NCBI GenBank assembly: GCA_002269645.1
Contig: NIVC01000225.1
Coordinates: forward strand, 412,416-476,415
Reading direction: 5' to 3'
Origin: Macrostomum lignano
Taxonomy: Eukaryota
Length of the DNA stretch: 64,000 bases
Shown here: one piece after another, positions 1 through 11,714 of the stretch
Layout of the letters: each line of letters begins with the position of its first letter
Position numbering within the stretch: position 1 is the first letter of the stretch
Notes under the pieces: model-generated
What the model was told of the DNA's origin: nothing
Database searches by the model: none
Seen by the model: only the letters and a program-made list of their open reading frames with translations
Made by a program: the position numbers and the translations under genes

Positions 1-158
1 GAGCGCCGGGAGTTCCTGCCGGATCTGCCGTTTAGGGACAGCCCCGTGCAGCAGCAGCTGGTGGATGCTATAGCCAGATCTGACACCAGACAGGTGCGGT
101 TCTTTTTGTCTGTCTGACTGTCTGTCTGACTGTCTGTCTGTCTGTCTGTCTGTCTGTG

Positions 159-225
<67 letters not shown>

Positions 226-267
226 CCTTCTGTCTGTCTGTCTGTCTGTCTGACTGACTGTCTGTCC

Positions 268-327
<60 letters not shown>

Positions 328-332
328 GACTG

Positions 333-371
<39 letters not shown>

Positions 372-390
372 GTGTCTGTCTGTCTGACTG

Positions 391-423
<33 letters not shown>

Positions 424-512
424 GACTGTGTCTGTCTGTCTGTCTGTCTGTCTTTCTGTCTGTCTTAGTGTCTGTCTGTCTGTCTGTCTGTCTGTCTTTC
501 TGTCTGTCTTAG

Positions 513-549
<37 letters not shown>

Positions 550-576
550 GTCTGTCTTTCTGTCTGTCTGTCTTAG

Positions 577-609
<33 letters not shown>

Positions 610-1188
610 GCCTGTCTGTCTGTCTGTCTGTCTGTCTGCCTGTCTGTCTGTCTGTCTGTCTGTCTGCCTGTCTATCTGTCTATCTATCTGTCTATCCACA
701 CCCCCCAACCGCAGGTGATCCTGTGCCTGGCGGTGGCCGGTCCCGCAGTGAACGAGCCCTACTCCAAGCAGGATCCCCGGGCGGCCATCCACATCGCGGC
801 CACCCTGGGCCAGCTGGTCTACCTGCAGCTGCTTCTCTGGCACGGCGCCGATGTTGCAATTCGCGACGCCGAAGGTCGCAACGCGCATTTCTACGCCACT
901 GCGGCTGGCAAGCCCGACTGCGCCGAATTCCTGCGCGCCGCCGGCTGCCCAGCTGGCGTGCCGGCATCCGCCTCCGCCGCGGGCGCCTCTGCGGCTAGCA
1001 GCAACAGCCCGATAAGCAACCCCAGCGCCACCGCCTCGGTGGCTTCAGCTTCGGCCGCGGCGGCAGCTTCTACTCTGCCTCGGCGTCGGTCGAAAACTAC
1101 TCCAACTACGGCTGCTCAGCCGCCGCAGCCGCCGACAGCGTCGTCTGGCAATGCGCCGACTCAGAGCACAGCTGAGATCGGGCTGTGA
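1..1188 (+). CDS. AGAP1: 3' end of ArfGAP with GTPase/ANK/PH domains (AGAP / centaurin-gamma family); exons 1-93 (partial) and 715-1188
   Basis: Exon 1-93 ([31 protein letters not shown]) ends CAG|GTGCGG; acceptor CCGCAG|715; joined phase 0 to [61 protein letters not shown]..., which matches the ankyrin tail of AGAPs (LQLLxWxGxDVxxRDAxGxxAxxYA). Symbol denotes the family; paralogue not resolvable. Confidence 0.85.
107..697 (+). repeat. (TCTG)n microsatellite filling the AGAP intron
   Basis: Direct reading; occupies nearly all of intron 94-714. Confidence 0.97.
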
Positions 1189-1294
1189 TTGACAGGTCGT
1201 TAACAGGCGTTTTCCCTTCGATGCTTCTTAAATTTGCTTCCTCTGATGCCTGAGTGATGTCTAACGCTTGTTATGCTGGCAGTGTGTTGTACAA

Positions 1295-1970
1295 CACAGG
1301 TGTTAGATACACTGTCAGACATACTATGTTAGATACTCTGCGTTATGCAATCAGGTGTTAGACACACTGGTAGACACACTGTCTTGGACACACTGTCTTG
1401 GACACACTGTGTTAGACATATTGTGTTAGATACTCTGCGTTATGCAATCAAGTGTTAGCCACACTGTTAGATATATTGTGTATTAGTGTCGGCAATCTCA
1501 GCTTCACACTTGTGTGTGAGTTAGACACACTGTTAGACACACTGTGTTAGACACACTGTTAGACACACTGTCTTAGACACACTGTTAGACACACTGTCTT
1601 GGACACACTTTGTTAGACACATTGTGTTAGATAATGTGTTAGACACACTTTGTTAGACATATTGTGTTAGATACTATGCGTTATGCAATAAGGTGGTAGA
1701 CACACTGTGTTAGACACACTGTGTTAGACACACTGTGTTAGACATATTGTGTTAGATACTCTGCTTTATGCAATAAGGTGTTAGACACACTGTGTTAGGC
1801 ACACAGTACACTGTTAGACACACTTTTTTAGACACATTGTGTTAGATAATGTGTTAGGCACACTGTGTTAGACATATTGTGTTAGATACTATGCGTTATG
1901 CAATCAGGTGTTCGACACACTGTTAGATATATTGTGTATTAGTGTCGGCAATCTCAGCTTCACACTTCGC
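1295..1970. repeat. Degenerate 12-14 bp minisatellite (GTTAGACACACTGT-like) with internal block duplication
   Basis: Repeated gttagacacactgt units; TATTAGTGTCGGCAATCTCAGCTTCACACTT occurs at ~1481 and ~1937. Confidence 0.85.
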
Positions 1971-4152
1971 CTCATCACTCTGCCGCTAGTCTCCCCACCG
2001 CCACTCTGTTTGTTGCTCCCTCGCTTTAGCTTGTTATATTTATATATATATTAACTATTATGTTGTAGTTATTCAATTGCTTTTGCACCTGCCGCTTGTC
2101 ATACTTCACCAGCCCGCTGAACTCGTTGAGCTCAATTAACAGTCATTTTTTCTGTAGATTTTCTATCTATTTCGATTTATTTATAATGTATTGACATAAC
2201 CGTGTGCCGATATGAATGATCAAATTCGATTCAATAACCCCCCACCCTAGCAACAAATAAATGCATTGTTGTTATTGTTGTTACTATACTTGTTGTTGAT
2301 TTTTTACCGTTTCACAAGCAAATTAATATGCTGATTTACTACTACTAATATGTGTCATAATAGTAGTATCTGCAATAAGGCATGATTTTTCTACGCAAAA
2401 CAAATAGTTGTCACCCGCTTGGCATCTAGTCAGTGCTTGGCCAGCGTTGGATGCAATCAGGCAATGTCCTCATCGGATTTTATCTGCTCGTTATTTTACT
2501 TGTATATAATAATTGTTTTCATTTTTTAAATTAATTGCAATTTTCTTCACCGCTCAGTGTGTCGCCGCGTTTTATTGGAAATTTAATATGTTTGTTATTA
2601 CCTGCATATGGAGTTTCTGGCCTGCATGCGTGAGGCAGTGTGCAGTTGCTGTTTGTTAGATTCATATAACCCGCGTGAACCACTTCTTCAACTCGTTGCT
2701 TTGTTATTATGATTGAATCGTTTGTGCAAATACGCTTGTGTAAAATGGTTGCAATATACAATAAATTTCTATTTATATTATTATAAGTAGTATGGACTAC
2801 TATTATTTGTATCGATATTTGCTTGCGTTGGCTCAGCACAAGGAAAAATGGCACAGCTAAAATTAAAGTATTTTCTGTTAATTTATTTTATTGCTATTGC
2901 AAACTTCGATGGCCTGATGCATCAGCTACTACTTAGTTCAATAAATAAGTTTGATCAGCTGATTCTCACTATTCGGCACTGTGAAACCTACTAATACTGT
3001 GAAAAAATGAAGGTATATTAATAACCATTAACCACATCAGTACAGTAAAGCTTCGCAATACCTAGATACATGCATTCTTTAATTATTTTTCTTAAGGCAA
3101 TTAAATGACCTGTTAAGTTGTTATCGATACATGTCGGCTATCAACAAAATTTATTTTTGTATTTTACGCGTTGTATACTGCCTCTTGTGAACCACTAAGT
3201 TTAGAAGCTTGTTAGCTGTTATTTATTATTCCTTATTGATAGGAAAGATTTGAGATTTATGATTTACATGATTTGCATCTACATGTAAGAATCTACATGC
3301 ATGGTAAAAATATGGTCAAAAAGAGTAGGATAGCGCCAGCGGGTGTATTGAGTTCGATTGGAACAGAAGGACAGTCTGGTAATCGGTTTAAGTTGCGAAG
3401 TAACCGCCAGGCATTTGCCTACCCCAGCCTTTCTTACTGCTCAGTACCTATTTAAGCTTAGCTCAAATGCATGATGAAACTTAACATTTTTTATCTTAGC
3501 TTTTTCTTTGCCTGTCCGTGATAGCCTACTGTAAGTACGACACAATGGAAAATGATTTTTTTAATTTACATAGCTTTAAATCTTTTTTTAGTAGGCTTTT
3601 AATTCTCGGTGTCCCAAATTCAAATGCCATTGTCTATAGCCCTCGGGATTTATACACCATAGCTGCCTCTATCAGCGTTCAAAACGCTGATATGCTATTA
3701 CAAACTTATCAAGATATTTAATGTTAGACCCACCCATTTGCCTGCACTAAAACTGCAGCCACGCAGACCATGCGTGCCCTCTCTGTGTTAATTCATCTAA
3801 CTAGCTAACTATGCAAATAAGATGGGTCGGGCGGAAAAATATCAAGCCACCACCCCAACACTGCCCCCGAGCACAATGCCGAGGGTTATAAATACAATGC
3901 AATTGGAAGAGCCGAGGCTCTCCACTGCCGAGTTAAGTAAAGTTTGAGTTCAAACCTAAGAAAGGACAATTGTCTCAGTTCTTCGAAGTTTCTGCCTGTC
4001 GTGGCAGAGGGGTAGCAGGCGTGTAGGTACTTGGCGTGAGAGGCCTTCAGAGACTACCGATAAATGACCTGTTACGGCCTCAAAAGGAATTTTTCATCTC
4101 ATGTAAAACATAGACATAATATTTTACGGGATATTATTGAATATATTTACGA

Positions 4153-5591
4153 CTTAATGCCCCTGGTGCTTAATGCCCCTGGTGCTTAATGCCCCTGGTG
4201 CTTAATGTCCCTGGTGCTTAATGCCCCTGGTGCTTAATGCCCCTGGTGCTTAATGTCCCTGGTGCTTAATGCCCCTGGTGCTTAATGTCCCTGGTGCTTA
4301 ATGCCCCTGGTGCTTAATGCCCCTGGTGCTTAATGCCCCTGGTGCTTAATGCCCCTGGTGCTTAATGCCCCTGGTGCTTAATGTCCCTGGTGCTTAATGC
4401 CCCTGGTGCTTAATGTCCCTGGTGCTTAATGCCCCTGGTGCTTAATGCCCCTGGTGCTTAATGTCCCTGGTGCTTAATGCCCCTGGTGCTTAATGTCCCT
4501 GGTGCTTAATGCCCCTGGTGCTTAATGCCCCTGGTGCTTAATGCCCCTGGTGCTTAATGCCCCTGGTGCTTAATGCCCCTGGTGCTTAATGTCCCTGGTG
4601 CTTAATGTCCCTGGTGCTTAATGCCCCTGGTGCTTAATGCCCCTGGTGCTTAATGCCCCTGGTGCTTAATGCCCCTGGTGCTTAATGTCCCTGGTGCTTA
4701 ATGCCCCTGGTGCTTAATGTCCCTGGTGCTTAATGCCCCTGGTGCTTAATGCCCCTGGTGCTTAATGTCCCTGGTGCTTAATGCCCCTGGTGCTTAATGT
4801 CCCTGGTGCTTAATGCCCCTGGTGCTTAATGCCCCTGGTGCTTAATGCCCCTGGTGCTTAATGCCCCTGGTGCTTAATGCCCCTGGTGCTTAATGCCCCT
4901 GGTGCTTAATGTCCCTGGTGCTTAATGTCCCTGGTGCTTAATGCCCCTGGTGCTTAATGCCCCTGGTGCTTAATGCCCCTGGTGCTTAATGCCCCTGGTG
5001 CTTAATGCCCCTGGTGCTTAATGTCCCTGGTGCTTAATGCCCCTGGTGCTTAATGTCCCTGGTGCTTAATGCCCCTGGTGCTTAATGCCCCTGGTGCTTA
5101 ATGTCCCTGGTGCTTAATGCCCCTGGTGCTTAATGTCCCTGGTGCTTAATGCCCCTGGTGCTTAATGCCCCTGGTGCTTAATGCCCCTGGTGCTTAATGC
5201 CCCTGGTGCTTAATGCCCCTGGTGCTTAATGCCCCTGGTGCTTAATGTCCCTGGTGCTTAATGCCCCTGGTGCTTAATGCCCCTGGTGCTTAATGTCCCT
5301 GGTGCTTAATGCCCCTGGTGCTTAATGCCCCTGGTGCTTAATGCCCCTGGTGCTTAATGCCCCTGGTGCTTAATGCCCCTGGTGCTTAATGTCCCTGGTG
5401 CTTAATGCCCCTGGTGCTTAATGTCCCTGGTGCTTAATGCCCCTGGTGCTTAATGTCCCTGGTGCTTAATGCCCCTGGTGCTTAATGTCCCTGGTGCTTA
5501 ATGCCCCTGGTGCTTAATGCCCCTGGTGCTTAATGCCCCTGGTGCTTAATGTCCCTGGTGCTTAATGCCCCTGGTGCTTAATGCCCCTGGT
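4153..5591. repeat. 16-bp tandem array CTTAATG(C/T)CCCTGGTG, about 90 copies
   Basis: Period 16 (ctta at 4201, 4217, 4233); a single C/T variant position. Confidence 0.97.
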
Positions 5592-6959
5592 TCTGGCGCC
5601 TCCTAAAGACCCCCCCCCCAACAAAAATCCTGGCTACGCCCAAGAACGTTTCACTATATGGGAGGTGGTTAGACCGAATTCTGACCGAAACTCAACTTGA
5701 ATTTCGCACACAGCCTCTGTAATTACCACATTTTGCAAAAAGTACAATTCTTTGCCGAAACAATGGTCTATAACTATACACACGTCCCAACCATTTCCAG
5801 TGTAGTAGGTTAAATTCTATAGAAATGCTGTCAGCAATTGTCACATGCATTCATTCAGTTTCTTTAATTCGAAACTGCAATGCTTCCTCGCTTTAGGCTA
5901 TGACTTGACCTGAAAGGAGTGGCAGCGCATGCATTAATATTGGTCCAAACCACTGCTTCAATGAGCTCAATACCGATCCGATCGATCGCTCACTATTGGA
6001 ATCCCCCTGAGCCACCACCCCCCCCCCCGTTTCCAGCCACCTTTGACTCCAACACAACTACTAGAGGCGTGCTGATAAGTTGAACGACGCTGGTGTGCAG
6101 GACTTTGCACGCAGCTCAGTTGTAAGCCATGAAAAGCCAAGCTACTCAGCAGAGTGGGCAAATGCCACCCAGCGCAAGCCCACTGCATGGCTGGGTGTAG
6201 CGATGTCCGGCAGCTCAAAGCACCTGCTCTGAGCTGAGAGAGTAAGGAAGCTAGCTATTCCCAAGTCTTTAAAGGTTTGAAATGGAATCAGCCTGTTTGC
6301 CGAGAAGTCCAAGTCCGACAAAATTTCGTATTCGTCTGCGTTGGCCGAGAAATTTCGACATGACAATCACTTGAGCTCTGTTTGGAATTTTTGTCTGCCT
6401 GTGCCTGGCTGCGGAGTGCTTGTTTTATCATAGAAACGCGTGCCGTTTTAACTATATGAATAATGCATAGAACCATAACCAAACCATGCCTATAACAATT
6501 TTTTAACATAGAAATTCTGTTTAACAATATGAATTTCAGAAAACAAGAATACTGAGATGACCGACGGTGGCGACTGCTAAGGGTCTTCGACTTCGAAGTG
6601 TCGGTTGAACTACTAAAATAGTTACTTTAACACGGTGTTGGGATATGACATTTTGCGCAAATTATTAATAACTTAAAACCATGAAATTGAGGCTCAAAAT
6701 TCTGCTCAGAAGAACAGAAATTGATGACGGAATTTAATGGCGAGTTGAATTAAAATCAAAATTATAAAAGATCACTGCAAATTAAGCCGTTTTACGATAA
6801 ATTATTACTTTAAATTTGTTATAAGAATACTCCCTAACAGTGAGGTAGCGGTAACTAATATCTGGTTGATAGGGAAGTCACCATATAACTTTTGATTGAA
6901 ATTAAATAAAAAAGTTGCTCTCCTGGCTAATGCCACTAATAACAAGTTCTATGGTAAGT

Positions 6960-7755
6960 GCAGGCGTAAGTCAGAACTTTGCGCTTGGCGTAAGACGAGG
7001 GTCGTAAAGCTGTTTCTCGAAGCTAACCTAGAGTTCTCGCAACTTACGCAGTTCGCAAGTTATCGTGAAGCGAAAAAATGTTGTCTATGGCCGAAGTGGG
7101 CAACGATCCTAATGGTTTTTGTCTGCTTCAGTATATACTAGCAATTAGGCTATAGAATTAGATTTAGTTATATAGAATCTTTTTGTACATATTGATGCTT
7201 AAAATTAATTTCAAAGTCAATAAACGGACTTCTTTCAGCACTCTTCTCCGGCTAACCGTGGTCCACCGCCAGTAGCCACTTTGTCTTTCCGTACTAGGGC
7301 TGTCTTTGCTTTGACGTTGGACTTCACGTCGCATCACTTCTTCCTACATTCTTCGCCTGTACATTTATTTCCACCGATCACATTCACACCAGCTGCGATG
7401 GTCTCCCAACAGGCCTTCTTTCTCCTCTGCATCTCAACCTTTTGATCCTTTGAGTTAAAAATGCCCAAGTATTTGTTGACATAGCTAAGTAATTCTTCTA
7501 TTTCTATGCGATTAGTGCTTTAAGTGCGTCTTACGACTGATACCGAGCAGTCGTAGGGTTAAGATCAACCTTACGAAAGACCATAGACATACGAACGTTT
7601 CGAGAAACAGTCTTTTGCGCAAAGTTACGAACTCGTAAAGTTGCGATCAATCTTACGCATAGCTAACTTGCGAGCCCTTCGAGCAACCCGCAAGTGTAGC
7701 TTACCCAACTTACGTCCATGGCCGATCGTAAGTTGCTTTCGAGAAAGACCCCCCC
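6960..7755 (-). mobile_element. Decayed PIF/Harbinger-type DNA transposon remnant
   Basis: Contains a Myb/SANT-like ORF remnant (7236-7510). Terminal-like GGGGTCTTTCTCGAAAG on the minus strand at 7737-7753, related TTTCTCGAA motifs at ~7014 and ~7600, many CGTAAG/CTTACG subterminal motifs. Left boundary uncertain. Confidence 0.65.
7236..7510 (-). pseudogene. Harbinger-associated Myb/SANT-like DNA-binding domain remnant with in-frame stop
   Basis: Manual translation: IEIEELLSYVNKYLGIFNSKDQKVEMQRRKKACWETIAAGVNVIGGNKCTGEECRKK*CDVKSNVKAKTALVRKDKVATGGGP; TGA at 7334-7336 replaces the conserved W of the KKW motif. Confidence 0.75.
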
Positions 7756-8921
7756 CCCTAGGTCGATCGCACCGTCAACATTAGAAATATAGGGGCGAGG
7801 CAACCCAAGTTTTATTATGATCAACAGAGCCTCATAAAATTAGAAATGCGAAACCAATGGATCTTCTAGAAGACTCACCTCCCCTTTTTATCCAAACGGC
7901 GACTGCTGAATCGTGCCTTCGATTTTTTAAACTTTAACCAACTCTATAAATTTAGCAATGTATAGTTGCGTACATGGTTTGAACTATACATATTGCTTGA
8001 ATGGTGTCTTAAAGAGAATGTTGCTTCATCAGCCGACAAAAATCAGATTATGTAAAAACTACAACGAACGTTCTCTGAGTAGTAGATACGGCTTTGAGGT
8101 ATTTGTTGAGCATAGTTCAGCGCTACCTTTTGTCAATCTAAACTTGAAGCCGCATAGAAAACGATGGTGTGGGGCATGGGGGCCTCATCGCTTAGCGAGA
8201 GACATCCTGACCTTGAATGCCTACTCAAAATGGAACTTTGACCATTAAGAACCATACGAGCTCGAACAAACAAGCACAGCTCAAATTTTAGGCGACAAAG
8301 ACTCAACTTCTCGTCGACGTATGACGGTTGGTACATGAAGGTTTTGTTTTTAAAAATTCATAAAATAAAATGTTTTAAAGCAACTTATTTAACCAGTTTT
8401 GAATATAAATTTTTCCAGCATTCCAAAAATCGCCAGGTGTTTCATAGTTCGTTCTTCTAGGGGTGTTTTCCGGGTTTTCGGGGTTGGGAAATCCGAGCAG
8501 ACACCACCAACAGAGGTTTGGACTCATTCCAGCATTCTTGACTTTGGTTTATTTTTAACAAGAGTTGCGAAATCGATGAGAAGCAAAATAGGAGGCACGC
8601 AATTGGCCATATCTGTCGCTCTCGGCTTCATAAGTGCTGCCAATAAAAACTTTTATCCCAGAAATTTGAATGCATTTAGGTTCGAGTGATTACGAGCGTA
8701 TCAAGCACGACCCCAATGCAGCTAATTTGTGATAAACACTTGAGAATCACAAAAGATTTATTTCTAGCTGACCAACTGTTTCAGAAGCATATCCTGAAGC
8801 CCGATTATTGCGATTGAAACAATAAGATGTTATTCACTTTGAAGTTCGAGTGAACCTCAGCAGAACGAACCAGAGCTGTATAAAAATGAGTTTAGTTTCA
8901 GATGATTCAAATGGCTAGAAA

Positions 8922-10780
8922 ATGATTTCAAGCATGCCTATTCATGTTCTACTGCTCAGTTTCTGCATTGCTCGGGTTGTGTCTCTGAGCCATCCAACCT
9001 TCGTCAGGCAGCACAGGTGCTCAACTGTAGCAACGGTTGGAAGCGTTTCAAGCGCTCGAAACAGGCTCGCCTGCGCTGATCTTTGCGCCAAAAAACTGCG
9101 CTGCAACGGATTTCGTTTCTCGAAGTTCCCCAACCCGACCGGGACTAGAGCTAGCGAAGGAACGTCAAACAGTCGAGGAGGTCTTTGTTCACTTGGCGAC
9201 TCGTGCGACGCTAGGCAACCGGAGAGCTGGCCCGGATGGGACTGCAATGCTTATCTGTACAGCTCTATTGACGATTCAACAGGTGAGTGCTTTGTATAGG
9301 AGGAGGCTGCATCTGCAGCAGCCGTAAGGATCCTAGATTGACGTTCTGCTGAAATCCCTTCAAATCTTCAAACTGATGCTTAAAAACATTAAAGCTTCTT
9401 AGCTAATTGCCTTCCTTTTTTTTACAATTTGGACCTATCGATATGCATAAGGAAGTTATTTGGCAGTGTCTAGACTTAAGGGGTTGTAGCCTAGTGGTTA
9501 GAGAGTCGGACCCACGACTGAAAGGTCGGGGATTCGATTCTTGACCCACTCGGAACAATTTGTGTCCTAAAACAAGACACTTCACTTAACTCTGCATTGA
9601 TTCAGTTCCCGAAAAATGGTGGAAAATGGGTTTCAGAATTAGCTGGGGTAATTAAGGGTGTGTGTGTCGACCCCCCCCCCAGTCCTTGGACTGAACAGCC
9701 GTACGCAGCCTTCAGATGCTCCGCGCAATAGCTGCGGCTGAGCTGTCGGTTGCCATCCGGCCTAATTAGGGCAGGTGTAGTCAATTATTATTATCACTAG
9801 ATTAAGGATCTGTTGAGAAAAGGAATATCAGTCTAAGCACCATGAATGGAGCCCAAAGTGAAGCTCAGGAGTATTAACCTTGCCAGACGTCATTCTATTA
9901 AAACGGCATATTAAAACGCCATTCTGCAGACAGTCCCACGCAGCGCCTGTCCCAGCTGCAGATGCTGCTGTATTATCGTTTCGCTCGCAGCGGCCTGACA
10001 AACGAGGCCGGGCCCAGACGGTCCTGTCTGGTCAGCAGCCACGTCGATATCGGGCCCGACGGCGCCAGCTTTGGCGGCTACACTGCGTCGCAGCTTACAA
10101 CCGAAACGCCCCGATTTGAGCAACGTTTGGACTTTGGAAAGGCCTACTCCGTGTTTCTGATGGTGCGCCATGCTTTTGACGACAGGTGCGCTTCAGATCT
10201 TTAAGGACTCTGGCTCTCGTCATTTTGACTAGTCGTCCATATTTGCAAGCCCACAAGTCATCAAAGCTTCTCAAAGTCATATCTGAACTTTAAAGTACAA
10301 AGCTACAAATTTGTAAATTACACTCGTACTTTCAGCTACCAATTCTATCACAAGTTCACCGCCTGTGAAAACCAAGATGCGACCGGAAACACTCTGGCGA
10401 AGGTGTTTGGACTGTTATACCATTACGCATTCTGGACTTCGGCCTCTCGATTAGTGGCCCCTGCGCAGATGCGTTACACCGAGAGCAGAAACACCCTGCC
10501 GACTACTGGAGGAGCGTCCGGCCTTCTTTCCGTAGGACTGGTGTTCAATGGTGGCTCTGTGCACCGGTTTTACATGAACGGAACCAGTGTGAGGGTTGCG
10601 CGTCAATGGCTGGAGCATCCCGGCTTCGCTTCTGCCGATCGGTTTCAGTGCCTGACTCTCGGCTCGTCCTCAATGTCGGACTACAGTCTGAATGGCTCGA
10701 TGCGCTGCTACGGCCTCAGCGCTAAAGAGCTGACGGCTGCGGAGTTCCGGTTTCTACAGGACCGGTGTCTAGAAGACTGA
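8922..10780 (+). CDS. Secreted protein: signal peptide + PAN/apple domain + LamG/concanavalin-A-like domain; exons 8922-9282, 9930-10185, 10336-10780 (353 aa)
   Basis: Hydrophobic N-terminus ([15 protein letters not shown]); PAN-like [18 protein letters not shown]...GLCSLG; phases 1 and 2 join in frame (G|GTGAGT, CTGCAG|, AG|GTGCGC, TTTCAG|); C-terminal FYMNG...LTLG...[20 protein letters not shown] resembles the LamG-3 pattern. Confidence 0.75.
9481..9793 (+). mobile_element. tRNA-derived SINE with CORE-like central domain, copy 1 (in intron 1 of the PAN-LamG gene)
   Basis: A-box TAGCCTAGTGG, B-box-like GATTCGATTC, CORE-like body, (ATT)n tail; homologous to 19001-19220 and 30014-30304. Confidence 0.8.
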
Positions 10781-10785
10781 CTGTG

Positions 10786-10806
10786 CTGTCTGTCTGTCTG
10801 TCTGCC

Positions 10807-10865
<59 letters not shown>

Positions 10866-10879
10866 GTGTCTGTCTGCCG

Positions 10880-10931
<52 letters not shown>

Positions 10932-10934
10932 GCC

Positions 10935-11021
<87 letters not shown>

Positions 11022-11035
11022 GTGTCTGTCTGCCG

Positions 11036-11115
<80 letters not shown>

Positions 11116-11117
11116 GT
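10786..11117 (+). repeat. (TCTG)n microsatellite immediately after the PAN-LamG stop codon
   Basis: Direct reading. Confidence 0.97.
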
Positions 11118-11714
11118 CAAAACAGACAAAAATTCATTGATTCTTGACGCGTTCAACTCAAATTTGCCGAAGCTCTGCAAGCAAGGAAATCTGGTATCCG
11201 CTTTTCTCGACGTCAGTTACGTCATTTTCGATTATTGCACTGTTTGATAAAGCTTTTCTTTTCCTGGTATCTGGCAGGAAAAAAGTTTCTGCGGAGTAAT
11301 TATCTTTCACTTTGGGAAAATATACTGCTTCTCAATGAGCAGGTGAGCTACCCTGCCACCTGCCTTTCGTGAGCATGATTTAGTCTCCACCAGAGCTCCG
11401 AATCTCACCTGTTGCACTGTCGTACGTAACTGAAAGCTGAACTTTATTGACCAAAAGGCCGGTGAATTAGCCTATTCGTAACTAATTTTAGACGGAAATA
11501 AAAAAATAGCTGAACAGTTGATTTTGTAAAGTTAAAGTTAGAGATGTTAAATTGGTCGACGTTACTGCCTTAAGCATAACGTTTTTTTAGCTTGCGTGGA
11601 CATGGTCCCCAACACCAGATAGTTATAGATAGTTTAGTTAGTGCATAGGAGTTAAGTCTCAGTTTCTTTAATAACAGTCTCTCCTCAAGGTCTCCATTTC
11701 CGAGATAACGGCTC

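Noticed and set aside
9481-9555. tRNA gene (also ~19150-19220, 30235-30304 and the B-box fragment at 30310-30345)
   Set aside because: A/B boxes are present, but the cloverleaf is degenerate, the anticodon region differs among copies, and the three main copies continue into the SINE body; the 30310-30345 piece is only a B-box fragment.
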